Source of the DNA: Glaucostegus cemiculus
Taxonomy: Eukaryota
Reading direction: 5' to 3'
NCBI GenBank assembly: GCA_976551045.1
Contig: CDPCPM010000280.1
Span: forward strand, 3,100,001 to 3,164,000
DNA: 64,000 nucleotides
The notes under the pieces are model-generated. The model searched no databases, was not told where the DNA came from, and saw only the letters and a program-made list of their open reading frames with translations. The translations under genes and the position numbers were made by a program. Positions 40,295 to 52,800 of the stretch are shown piece after piece; within the stretch, counting starts at the first letter, position 1; every line of letters starts with the position of its first letter.

Positions 40295-41195
40295 AGAGTA
40301 GGAATAAACAAGTCAATTTCAGGTTGGGAGGCTGTGACCAGTGGAGCCCTGGGTCCTCACAATCTACATCATTGATTAGTATGAGGGAACTAAGCGAAAT
40401 ATACCCAGATTTGCTGACGATAAAAAATGTGTTGACAATAGAGGTGTGAGGTCATCCACCTTTGTAGAAAAATAGAAATGCAGAGCACTTTTTAAATGGT
40501 GTGAATTTATAAGATGTTGGTGTTCACAGGGACCTGGGTGTGCTTGAGCAGGAACATGCAGGAACAAGAAGCAATTAGCAAAGCAAATGGTATGTTGGAC
40601 TTTAGTGCGAGAGGATTTGAGTACTAGAGCAAAAACATTGTACAGAAATTGAGCCTGCACCTGGAACATTGTGTACAGGTCCTGTCTCCCTATCCAAGGT
40701 AGGATACACTTGCAATAGATGAATGCAGTGAAGATTCACCAGATTGATTTCAAGAATGAAAAGATTGTCCTAGGAGGAGAAATTAAGCAGACTGGGCCTA
40801 TGCTCTCTGGAGTTTAGAAGAATGAGAGGTGACATCATGGAAACATATTAAATTCTTACAAGGCTTGACAGGATAGATTCAGATATAATGTTTTCCTTGG
40901 ATGAGGTGTCAAGAACTATTTTAAACTAAGATGTCTGCTGTTCAGGACAGAGATGAGGAGAACTTTCTTCACCCAGTGGTGGTGAATTGTTGCAATTATT
41001 TACCCAACAGGACTGTGGAGGCCGAGTCACTAACCATATAAAAGGCAAAAGGTTGTTAGATTTTTGCTATTAAGGGAATCGAGGTACATGGGTTAGTATA
41101 GGAAAGTAGCAATGAGATAAAAGATCAGTGATGATTTTGTTGAATGGTGGAGCAGGCCTAATAGGCAAAACAGCCTGCTGCTGCTTCTATTTCTA
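40295..41195 (+). mobile_element. Older CR1 LINE 3' fragment (RT C-terminus and 3' UTR)
   Basis: Degenerate ATTTGCTGACGAT (FADD), GGACCTGGGTGT, cacctggaacattgtgtacag and CR1 3'-UTR motifs. Confidence 0.8.
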
Positions 41196-41211
41196 TATTC
41201 GTATTTTCTTA

Positions 41212-41430
41212 TAAGAATATAACAAATAAGAACAGGAGCAGGCATAGTGCCCTTTAAGTCTACACTCCTATTAAGTATATGACCTCAACCTCTGTGATTA
41301 ACTTGTTCTTCATAAGTCTTGTTTCCCCCCTTAGTCCAAAATATATCTCTGCCCTGAATATGTTCAGTGATTCAGTCTTCACATTTCTCTGGGTAAGAGA
41401 ATTTCAAATAAATAACCTCCTCCTTTTTTC
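41212..41430 (-). mobile_element. CR1 3'-end fragment, tail-to-tail with the preceding copy
   Basis: ataagaacaggagcaggc and ctctgggtaagagaatttcaaa are the reverse complement of a CR1 3' end. Confidence 0.55.
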
Positions 41431-43053
41431 AGTCAGGATAGCTACTCAGGCACTTCATCAACATCTATTATCATAACTTCAGGCCAGACAGCTTCCCAAG
41501 TCAACCAGCAGATCCTGACCCACCTTAGCTCTTAAGGTGGCCCAGTGGATTGTCTGGTCTCATACTTATTTCTCAAATGAGCTAAAGCTTGGCTGGTTAA
41601 GTTCTATTATACCAGTTGTGTGGGAGACAATGAATTGTACAGGATGGGTTCTCAGCTGACTGAGAAGTGAGAGAGATTCCCAAAGAATTGGAATCCAAAT
41701 CTCAGCCAAGTGTTTTAAATTCACATCCCCATGGAGGAGTTTGATGGCTTACAGACCAAGGCAATTGACTAAACCACTTCCCAGTAGCAGCATCGAGTGT
41801 GAAGACTCCACCCACATAAACCCACTAACCACTTGGTAGGTGAACATGGTGAAAAAACAAGTGGGCTTTACTATCCCACCTTTTGGAGAAAGAAAAGGTA
41901 GTTGGCAATAGCAAAATTAAATGTGAGTGAGAGGGTGGAATCAAAAGCAAACATTAAGTCAAAGGAAGAGCTCCATTTGACAGCATTAAATTCTTGCTGC
42001 TGCAGAAATAGTCAACATCTGCTTTTATTCCCTACTTGACTTGGGAGGAAGTACACTCGTGCCAATAACACCAGGATCTGTATGGTTGAAATGAAAAGTG
42101 ACAGCTTCTATATATTTAGTTCAATTCTGCAGAGCACTTCATATCCCAAAGGTCAGTCTCCCAGGAGGGTGCAACTAACACAAATACAAATGCCCAGGTT
42201 TGCAAATTTTTCATTAAGTGTTCAGGCTGTCCCTGACGTACCAGCCTATCGCTGTAAATTATCACTTTGAGTACTGGAATTAATCATCAAATTTCCAATG
42301 ACATGACGAGTAACAACTTGGCGCTGTTGAAGTATGTGGCAAAATCTTATGGAAACTTTTTCAAACAATCTTATCACCGAGTACTAATGGGTTTGAGATG
42401 GCAGACAGGCCAGTTATCAGAAAATCCATTTAATTTCCAATTTGTAATGGCTAGAGCAGAAATCTGAGCAGAAGAGAGTTTGTAAGGTCAACTCTCTGTA
42501 AATAATGAGTTATGTGTAATGGGTGGCTGGCACTACATCAGAGTTTTGATGGACCACATTGGTCTCAAGAATGCGATTCAACCACGCATGTTTCAAAGGA
42601 GGACTTTATCCCCAAGCAGCTAACATGATGACAAGTAAAAGAAACTTAAAGCTATATTCATAAATTTTGGAATTGGTCATAGTGCCACTTTGATCAAATA
42701 GCCAACACATTGGCTTTTTTCCTGTCCTGGACATTAATTCACAGCCTGGTGAGTGCAAAGATGAGTAACCCCAGCCTAAACACAGAGTTGATCAGAAGTC
42801 ACTTAGGTGAAGACCTCCAGTTTTTGTGGGACCCCAATATGAGACAAGTCTCTTCAGGGGGAAAAGTTGCCTGGGAGAATAGGGATGGGGCTTGTTGGGA
42901 GACAAGAAGAGTGGAATTGTTGGGGGTAAGAGTCAGATTCTTTACAGGTGGTTAGCAAAATCTGCCAAAGCAAAAATCTGAAATAATTTCAAGGCGTAAC
43001 AAAAGAGCAAGTTGGCAAGGGAGGGGGTTTCTGAAACAGTGGATATCATGAAT

Positions 43054-45693
43054 TCTACTGGGAGTTTTCTATAGATTCACCCCCTGCCCCCCTCCCCACC
43101 CAGTAGCAGCAAGGATTCTATGGAGCAGATTGGGAGGCAGGTTTTGGAAAGGTGCAAGCATAACAGGGTTGTTATCATGGGAGACTTCAACTTCCCAAAT
43201 TATGATTGGCACCTGCTTAGTACCAAAGGTTTAGATGGGGCAGAGTTTGTTAAGTGTGTCCAGAATGGATTCCTGTCATGGTATGTTGACAGGTCGACTA
43301 GAGGGAATGCCCTATTAGATCTAACATTAGGTAATGAATTGGATCAGGTGAAGATCTCTTAAATTAAATTTTAAATTTTACTTACAACGTGGTAACAGGC
43401 CCTTTCGGCCCAATGTGTCCATGCCGCCCATTTTAAACCCCTCAAATTAACCTACCCGTATGTCTTTTAGAATGTGGGAGGAAACTGGAGCACCCAGAGG
43501 AAACCCACGCAGACACGGGAGAACGTACAAACTCCTTACAGTCAGCAACGGGAATCGAACCCCGATCGCTGGCACTGTAACAGCATCGCGCTAACCGCTA
43601 CGCTATCGTGCCACCCAATCTTGGTGGGTGAGCATTTGGGGGACAGTGACCACCACTCCCTAACCTTTAGCATTGTCATGGACAAGGATAGGAGCAAAGA
43701 GGACAGGAAGATATTTAATTGGGGAAGGGCAAATAAATTTGTCGCAGTGAGGCAGAGAAGGAATGTCAGGGTGAAGGAACCATGGGTGACAACCATGGGA
43801 ACAACTAGTTCGGAGGAAGAAGGCAGCATACATAAGGTGTAGGCAGCAAGGATCAGATCGGGCTCATGAGGAATATAGGGTAGCAAGGAAGGAACTTAAG
43901 AAGGGGTTGAGGAGAGCAAGAAGGGGTCATGAAAAGACCCTGGCAAGTAGAGTTAAGGAAAATCCCAAGACTTCTTTCACTTATGTGAAGAGCAGAAGGA
44001 TAACGAGAGTCAAGGTAGGACCGATTAGAGACAAAGGTGGGAAGATGTGCCTGGAAGCTGTGGAAGCGAGTGAGGTCCTTAATGAAAACTTCTGTTCAGT
44101 ATTCACCAAGGGGAGGGGCCTTGATGACACCGAGGACAGCATTGGTAAGGTTAATGCTCTGGAGCATGTAGATATCAAGAGGGATGATGTGTTGGAGCTG
44201 TTAGAAAATATTAGGGCAGATAAGTCCCTGGGGCCTGATGGAATATTCCCCAGGCTGCTCCGCGAGGTGAGGGAGGAGATTGCTGAACCATCTTTGAGTC
44301 CTCGTTGTCCACAGGAATGGTACCGGAGGATTGGACGGTGGCAAATGTTGTCCCCTGATTCAAAAAAGGTAGTAGGGGATAGTCCAGGGAATTACAGACC
44401 AGTGAGCTTTATGTCTGTGGTAGGCAAGCTGTTAGAAAGGATTCTAAGAGATAGGATCTATGGGCATTTAGAGAATCATGGTCTGATCAGGGACAGCCAG
44501 CACGGCTTTGTGAAGGGCAGATCATGTCTCACAAGCCTGATAGGGTTCTTTGAGGAGGTGACCAGGCAGATTGATGAGGGTAGTGCAGTAGGTGTGGTCT
44601 ACATGGATTTTAGTAAGGCATTTGACAAGGTTCCACATGGTAGGCTTCTTCAGAAGGTCAGAGGGCATGGGATCCAGGGAAGCTTGGCCATGTGGATTCA
44701 GAATTGGCTTGCCTGTAAAAAGCAGAGGGTTGTGGTGGAGGGAGTCCATTCAGATTGGAGGGCTGTGACTAGCAGTGTCCCACAAGGATCGGTTCTGGGA
44801 CCTCTATGTGATTTTTATTAATGACTTGGATGAGGGGGTAGAAGGGTGGGTTGGCAAGTTTGCAGACAACACAAAGGTTGGAGGTGTTGTGGATAGCGTG
44901 GAGGACTGTCGAAGATTGCAGAGGGACATTGATAGGATGCAGAGCTGGGCTGAGAAGTGGCAGATGGAGTTTAATCTGGAGAAGTGTGAGGTGGTATGCT
45001 TTGGAAGGACAAACTCCAAGGCGGAGTACAAAGTTAATGGCAGGATTCTGGGTAGTGTGGAGGAGCAGAGGGATCTGGGGGTTCATATCCACAGATCCCT
45101 GAAAATTGCCTCACATGCGGATAGGGTAGTTAATAAAGCTTTTGGGATGTTGGCATTCATAAGTCGTGGGATCGAGTTTAAGAGCCATGAGGTAATGATG
45201 CAGCTCTACAAAACTCTGGTTAGACCACACTTAAGAGTACTGTGTCCTGTTCTGGTTGCCTCATTATAGGAAGGATGTGGACGTGTTGGAAAGGGTGCAG
45301 AGGAGATTTACCAGGATGCTGCCTGGTTCAGAGAGTATGCATTATGAGGAGAGACTAAGGAAGCTAGGGCTTTACTCTTTGGACAGAAGAAGGATGAGAG
45401 GAAACATGACGTAAGTATACAAAATATTAAGAGGATGGGAATTTCAAGGGAGATATCAGAGGAAGGTTTTTTACCGAGAGAGTGGTTGGTGCATGGAATG
45501 CGCTGCCTGGGGTGGTGGTGGAGGCAGGTACATTGGTCAAATTCAAGAGGTTGCTAGATAAGTATATGGAGGAATTTAAAATAGAGGGATACGTGGGAGG
45601 AAGCGGTTAGATAGTCTTAGGGGAGGTTTAAAGGTTGGCACAACTTTGTGGGCCAAAAGGCCTGTATTGTGCTGTGACTCTATGATTCTATGA
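43054..45693 (+). mobile_element. CR1-clade LINE (HER1-like), 5'-truncated ORF2 with frameshifts and deletions, antisense to PRDM16
   Basis: APE endonuclease motifs (VIMGDFNFP, LLDL, GDSDH) and RT motifs (NYRPVS, QHGFVKGRSCLT, YMDFSKAFDKVPH, VPQGSVLGP, KFADNTK). The 3' UTR ends in the (ATTCTATG)-type tail gactctatgattctatga. Confidence 0.95.
43361..43616 (-). mobile_element. tRNA-derived V-SINE (HE1-like) inserted in the CR1 endonuclease region
   Basis: On the minus strand: A box TAGCGTAGCGG, B box GGTTCGATTCC, V-domain GGGTTTCCTCTGGGTGCTCCAGTTTCCTCCCACA, CR1-like tail GGGCCGAAAGGGCCTGT and an AT-rich end. Confidence 0.9.
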
Positions 45694-45872
45694 AAACCTG
45701 GAGCTGACAGGAATGTTAATGGGAAAAAATGTGTCCTTTGAAAGGAGAGAGATGGTAGGTCTGGACTACGCACCAACTCAGCCATTCATAAGACTGAGGA
45801 AAATGATTAGATGTCGGAAAACACAGGACACCTGCAATTACACACTAAGTTAAGACAGATGCGATAACTCAC

Positions 45873-46026
45873 AGGTGAAAGGCTTAACGCTGCTGTGTAT
45901 GTGCTTGTGCTGTTTTAGTCCAGATGACGTGGCAAAGGTTTTTCCACAGTCAGGGCAAGCGTGCGCTCGGGCTCCCACATGCTGAGACCTGATGTGCCGC
46001 TGGAGGTTGCTTGGATCAGTGAAGAC
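45873..46026 (-). CDS. PRDM16: PRDM16 exon 8 (154 bp): [51 protein letters not shown]
   Basis: Acceptor catcag|GTC and donor ACCT|gtgag. C2H2 fingers; HACPDC is PRDM16-type. Confidence 0.96.
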
Positions 46027-46844
46027 CTGATGGATAGGAAAGAGAGAAAGCAAAAACAGAGGAAGTCATTGGAAACTTGTGCAAGTGGAGGGTTCTGATC
46101 ACCTGCATTGGAGATCTCTTTTAAGCAGCTATCATTATCACAAAAGAAGTTTAAATACATGAAGGGCAAAAACATGTAGCACTTTGGGAAGGAGTAGGAC
46201 AGTGAGACAAACTGGAGCCAATTTATCAAGCTGACACAGATGTAAGGATGCTGTAAGATTCTAAGTTTTACCTGCACTGGGATTTATTGTGCAAAGTTTT
46301 GCCAGATTTGGGAAGTTGTTTTGCATAAGTCATTTAAAATTGAATTGAGTATTTTACCTTGGATCCAGGAGAAAAGGCAGCAGGTTTCCATACATTCACT
46401 GCCTGATAAATTTAATACTCCTGTGGCTCTGGGATATAGGTCTATGTCTGCTGGATCAGCAGGAGTCAGAGTGACAGCAATTTTTCCAGTATGGCTCTGT
46501 TTCTTTTTGAGCATACTGCAAGGCAGCTCATGGCTACACATATTGAGAACTAAATAGATCACTTGTAAATAGAAGTTCCCAAAGCATCAGAGGGCCCTTA
46601 ATTACCAGTCCATATGCAGAGGGATAATGAATATTGAGGCTTCACTGATAAATGAATGATGCTTCATTATCCCAGTAATTAGGCTGGAATCACTCTTAAT
46701 TATCACATTTGGCTTTAACTGATGAAACACATTGCAAGCTCAGTCTGAAGCTCAAATAATAACTCTAGGGGTATCAAAAGTCCCCAAACTCCCCCTCTGT
46801 GACAATTTAGAAACTGCACAGGATTTATACTGTTTCTCACCACA

Positions 46845-47960
46845 ATAACAACTTGTAATTATATAATCAATTATATATAAGAAAATATTCCAAGGCACTA
46901 ACTATTTTTGATATCACTGCAGAGGGCCAATCATTTAGGACCAACTGTTTCAAAACATGTCTTAAAAGAGGAAAGAGGGGTAGAGATTTAGGGAGGAAAT
47001 TCCAAAGCCTAATGCCAAGGCAGCTGAAATTGTGGCTGCCAGTGCAAGGCTGATTAAAACAGGGGATGTGTGAGAGGCTAGAATTGGAAGAAGCCACAAA
47101 TCCCAAAGCCTTGTAGAACTGGAAGAGGTTACAGAAAAAGCGAGACACATGGCCACAGAAGAATTTGAAAACAAGGATAAGAATTACAAAACTGAGAGGT
47201 TATCAGACCTGCAGCCAATGTAAGTCAGCAAGCACTATGCTAATGAGGCAGTCTGAATTTCAATACAGTCAGCAGAACTTTGGAAGAGGATGAGTTTATA
47301 TTGGGTGGAAGATGGCAGTCTGGCCTGGAACATTGGAATAATCAAGTCTAAAGGAAATAAGGACATGGAAAAAAAATCTGCAGCAGATTAACTGAGGTAG
47401 GGTAACAGCTAGGCAATGCTGTGGGTGTGGAAGTGGTCAACTGTGCTGGTGATACATATGTGTTGCCAGAAGCTCATTGTAGAGTCATCATAATATCAAG
47501 GTAGTGAACACTGGCTCATGGTCAGACGATTGTCAGGGATGATAATGATGATCAGTGAATGTAATTTGAGGCAGGGAACAAAGACAATGGCTTCAGTCTT
47601 CCCAATATTTAATTGAAGGAAATTTGAGTACCTCTGATGTTGAATGTCAGACAAGCAATGTGACGAATCTGACAACAAAGGGGTCGAAAAGTGTTAATGA
47701 GACAGAGCTGTGTTATAGAGTCGTACAGCACAGAAATGGGCCTTTGGCCCACCATGTCCACGGTGACCTTTTCATCCATTTAGATTATAATGTGGAACTT
47801 GATGTGCTTTTGGATGAGCCCACTGATGGGCAGATGTAAATGAGAGATGGACAGGGTGTATAATAGATCCTCATGGAATTCTAAAGCTAAGGGTTCATGA
47901 GTGGCAAACGAAACAGGTGGTTCTCTGGCTGCAGATAAGAATGGAACCAAGAAAAGTTCA
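46845..47960 (-). mobile_element. Decayed L2-clade LINE 3' part
   Basis: NFLQLNIGKTEAIVF (ORF 47496..47678) and FSCLGIRLWNFLP (ORF 46867..47148) are typical L2 motifs. Confidence 0.75.
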
Positions 47961-49778
47961 CAAATCCAACATAACGCTCTCTTCAGGATAAGAGACAGCT
48001 GGGAGCCTCACAGCTACAAATAAATGTACATGAAAAATGTTATAAAATCTAGTAAATTGCCTGACAGGTTGTTTTTGGTCAATTGACTTGAAGATGAGTG
48101 GGAAAGAGACTTCAGAAATTTCCTTCATGCAGTCATTTGGTGGCCAAAGACTGCAACTGCTGTGACTGTTGACATGGCAATTTACAATACAAAAAGTTGA
48201 TAAAATAAGGTTGACCTAAATCTACAAGAACAGGTGGCAAATCATCTGGACAGGACAGGGCACCAATACAAGCTCTATGTAACCTTTTAATCTGAGGACA
48301 GACAAATAATTTGTGTGTATACATTGAATGAAACATTCTGCATCCAGCAGGTCCATGGTTTCAGAACATTTCCCTCTCTTTATTATACATTTACAAATCC
48401 TTGTGTTTACTGTGCCATTAATCTGGGAAAGTATTTACATAGTATGAATAATGCCACAACAACAAATCAGAAGAGAAAATAAAATTGAAACTGGGGTTAC
48501 GAAATAGTTGTCGATTTGGGTTTAAAAATGATGCCTAACAATTTCACTTTGCTTTAAAATTATATAGAAGCTCTACTGTTACTGAAACTCCAGTGACTGG
48601 AGTCATAATTCTATTGCTACTTTTGTACTCTTACATGTCAAAGTATCCAATTTGTTGCAAAGTGCCTTAGGATGTCCTGAGTTTGTGGAAGGTGCTATAA
48701 AAAATCCAGGTCCTTTTCTTGGTGTGTCAAGGAAGTGCCGTTGCATTAGAGCAGATTATTGTATAGTACAAAGTCAAATGATTCTTGAATGAGTGACTCT
48801 AGGCAGTCCCACCTAAGGTAACAAAGAACTCCCTCCCTATTATTCAACAGAAGGACACCGCTATCTAAAGCTTTGCTCATTATACCATCTGATAAAGCGA
48901 CACTTCTGTTTGAGACACCAGAAACTCAAACAGCAGAATTAAAGTCCTTTGTCTTTTTTTTAAATTCCAGAACTGGCTTTCAGTCTTTTGTTTGTACTTG
49001 TATGTTTTCCATTCACATACACCTTGGCAGCACACCAGTTCCTGGGTCCCATAGCCTACCTGATATACTAGGAATTTTTGGGCATTTGTTTGGGAATTAT
49101 TTAAATATATTTGAATTGTGGTAGAGGCTGTCCAGAAATCAGTTTTGACATCATTGATTTAAGAGAGTTCCAGACAATGTTGTAATTTTTAAATCATTAC
49201 CATTATAACAACACAGTAACCGATAAGTGCTGTTACAAATAAATGCTCCAATGCCACAGTTAATTCAGATATGGGCACAACCTCTAAAAGCACTGTCATC
49301 AGTGTAACACATAAGCTGTAATGTGCCAGTAAGTTTCATTCCTGATACTCACAACAAGTTAGTTGCCTTCTAGGCTCTTTGGAATAGTAGTGTTTGCCAT
49401 TATATTTACAATTGTGTGTCAATAGATTATATCAGAACTTCATTGCACATTTTTCCAAACCTATCCAAACTACAAGGCACAAAATCTGAGCTATGTGGTA
49501 CAATTGAAGTCTAGTTGATTGCAAGGTCACAGTGGATATAATTTTTACTATTGAACAATCCCATGTTTGGATTTCACTGCTTTTACAAGAAAACGTAGGA
49601 AATCACACTCATAACAATCAGAATTCCAGTTAACCAGTATCTACATTAATTTGAACTCCATTAAGCAGAACGTCCAGTTCCATTGTACCACTTTAACTCA
49701 AGACCTCCGTGCAAAAACTCTTAACTGTATAAACAATAAGACAATGAAAGCTTTGGATCTTCTTACCTTCAACCTTAC

Positions 49779-49926
49779 CTTATCACAATTTTCACATTCA
49801 AAGCGTTTTCCGCTGTCATGTGACATTTGATGGCGTATCAGATTGGACTTCCAATTGAAGGCCTTTGGACATTGATCACACTTATATTCACGTTCCTCAC
49901 TGTGAATTATCATATGTTGTTCTAGG
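49779..49926 (-). CDS. PRDM16: PRDM16 exon 7 (148 bp): [49 protein letters not shown]
   Basis: Acceptor gcag|C and donor AAG|gtaagg. C2H2 fingers; [10 protein letters not shown] is PRDM16-type (MECOM has SGKHYECENC). Confidence 0.96.
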
Positions 49927-51785
49927 CTGCACGGATGTGAAAAATGAGACAAAGATCCATGAACTTTGTGGCACATCTCAATACAAGGTGGTACTTTTTT
50001 TTATTTATCTTAAAAAAGGAAGTGCACTTCAGCTCTCCACAACCCCACGTGGTATCTGCATCACCCTTTGCAATCCAGGGAACTGGAAGATCCCAGGTTT
50101 AAACACTGAGTTTGCCACTCTCGGTTAATGAGCAATTGAGATATTGCAGGTAGCCCTGAGCTACAAATTCTCCAACGCCAACTGGAAAGTGTGTGCTTGT
50201 TGCAGGACAGGACTAACCCAGTGATGCAACCCCTAACCAGTGAAGATACCAGAGGGTTATGATGACATGTGTAGTTGAACATCATATAAATGAACATCAT
50301 TCAAAATTTAGTGGTAGGGTGGGGGGAGGGAGAAGGGATTAACATATGAGGAGAAAAATAGAAGGAACAAAAAGCTGTATCACACCAGGGAACAACATTA
50401 GGGGAAAAAGTCAGAAAGACTACAGCAAAAAAAATTAGCAAGTTTAGAGTCAAATATTTACCAAATAAGGAGGGATTTTACCGAGCCAGCACTACAATCA
50501 GCAGCTAACAGACTGGGAATTCCAGTCTGAGAACAATCCATTTGCAAGTAAGCTGCAGGCTGCATTTACAAACGACAGTATCATTCACTTCAATAATATA
50601 TTCTCATTATTAACTATTATAGCTGAACAGACTTTCAGGAAATGACTGTAAGTACATTGTAGCTTCTATAAACACTACCCATTTACAAATGACTTCCCTC
50701 CCACTCCCCCTCCCCCCAAATCCACTTGAAAGAGAATGGCAAACAAACTTCATCTTGGTAAATTACTGGAAGTTTCAGCAGGGAGGGACTGAACCTTTTC
50801 AAATTAATCCCAAAGGCATGGATAAACCATAATTAATGCATGTTTAATAGAACATAACTCAACTAATGAATGAGTAGTTTGCATTTAAATTGTACTGAGT
50901 GATAAGGACTTCGTTCACCTCAAACATTCTGAACCATGGTGTTTTTAACTATAAAAATTGCTTTTGGCTCTGTTGAATTTGCAACTCAATGTTAACATCT
51001 GTGCTAAAATAGCACTGCGTGGAATTGGGTACAAAGCTTTGAATGGACAGACATACTCAGAGCTGACCACAGACTCTACCATGTAACAAATTAAAATGCC
51101 ACACACCTTCTAATCCATTCTTTCTGACACGTAATCGACCAATGAGGCAATAAAACGATATGTATAATTACTTCAAGTTAAAAAAGAGGTGTGTCAAAGG
51201 GACACAAGTTCAAATTCTAAGTGATGTCTTCTTCGCAAGAAATAGACTTTCAAGAGAAACATTGGAAGTAGGAACCCTGGGATTATTTAGGAAACATTTG
51301 AATGTCCCATTGGGGAGGTGGTATGGTATTTCCACATGGATGATTTAGGAATGACCAGATCAACATTATCAATACTGTGATACTGTTACAATGGTTAGTG
51401 TTTAGCACACTTTTTGTAAATTCTCTCACTACTGGCAGCAAGGTTACCTTTCTTCTTCATGGTCCCTGTTGCTTTAGAAAAATGCCCAATATGTTCAATT
51501 ACAAATCCAATAATATCATCATTTATGCAAATAAAAAAAGGAAATGGGTACAACTTGGTTCAAAAAAATTCTATATACTGCCAATCTGAAGCAAAGGACA
51601 AGTCCCTGTCCTAAATGTCCACCTGTTAGAGCAGCTGTGCGCTTCAAGAAATTTCTGTCTTTGACATAGACACAGCTACTCTTTGCATTGCGCAACAAGT
51701 GACATCAGTGGCACCAGCGATGAAGGGGTTAACCACCTTCTCCAGCCCAATCTCCATCCCAGTCTGTGGTCAGGCATGCACATAC

Positions 51786-51984
51786 CTGTATTCATTGGGG
51801 AATATACGGTCACAGTCCTTGCACTCGTGGAGCTGCCCATCATCCAGCTGATTCTGCTTGAACTCTTCGTTGATGGTGGTAAAGATGGCATTGACGTTGT
51901 TGCAAGCATATGCCTGGTGCCGCCGCAGTGCCACCTTCGAGCGGAACAGCTCGTCACAGTCCCCACAGCGGTACCTCTGCTCCT
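51786..51984 (-). CDS. PRDM16: PRDM16 exon 6 (199 bp): atypical C2HC finger plus start of next finger, EEQRYRCGDCDELFRSKVALRRHQAYAC...HECKDCDRIFPNEYS
   Basis: Acceptor tcgcag|AG and donor TACAG|gtatg. Open frame with C-x2-C-x12-H-x4-C and HECKDC, matching PRDM16/MECOM. Confidence 0.93.
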
Positions 51985-52699
51985 CTGCGAAGGCCGCCGG
52001 CCGTAGGAATCAAGCAGGCGAGAGAAAAGATTAAAAAATGAGTCAAAGTGTTTAGCTGAGAGCCAGTTAAAACCATGCAGAAAACTGTTCAGGCCGATTG
52101 CAATGCGGGCCTGTACTGTACAATCATAAATTATTGCAGCCCAAGTTCAAACAAATTAAAGAAAGGGAGCAGCTATTATTGAGTTTACGAGGAAGCATCC
52201 TGATCCCTGTGCCAAGTCAAACAATTCTCTGGATGCTGTAAATTTTCCAGAATAACAACTGGTGTGAAGGGGTCAGGTCTGCCCCAGCTCTGCCCCCACA
52301 CTTCTTGTTTCAACAGTAGTCTTATCCCTGTCTACTGCAGCCCTTCCCCCACCTCCCACCCCCACCAGCCCCACTCCTCCTTCCGAGACCTTGCCAGAGT
52401 ATCTCCACTCTTCTTAACAGCACTTGGGACAAAAGAGGAATGTGAGTAAAAAAATAAATCTGGTCCTAATGGGTTTAAAAAAAAAGGAGCCTAAGAGAGC
52501 AGAGTTATGTGTTCTTTGTACACTAATCTATGAAGTCAGCTCCTCCAGAGACAGGACACTGAGCAGGTTATTCAAACTTCACTTGTTGCCTGTTCACAGC
52601 CTCCTTCTCTTCCTTTTCTATCCTATGTTCTCTAATACTGCCAGATATTTTACTGGTTTTTTTTGAAGTCCCGATGTTCTTCCCTCCTGAGATAAAGGA

Positions 52700-52800
52700 G
52701 CTGACTGCTGACCTTGCCAAGGCTCTATGGCATGCATAAGCCTTGACAGTGTGTGGTTGGCATTATTGGCAAGGTCAAGGTCAAGGCCAAGGTCAAGACC
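52700..52800. promoter_or_regulatory. Cluster of ERR/NR5A-type nuclear-receptor half-sites (candidate enhancer)
   Basis: caaggtcaaggtcaaggccaaggtcaag plus tgaccttg, ccaaggct and agccttga within 100 bp. Confidence 0.4.

Noticed and set aside
43540-43616. tRNA gene
   Set aside because: The A/B boxes run straight into a V-domain and LINE-like tail, so this is a SINE head.
43907-45269. Active or domesticated reverse transcriptase gene
   Set aside because: Several frameshifts, internal deletions, a SINE insertion, and the catalytic FADD mutated to FADN: a dead LINE copy.
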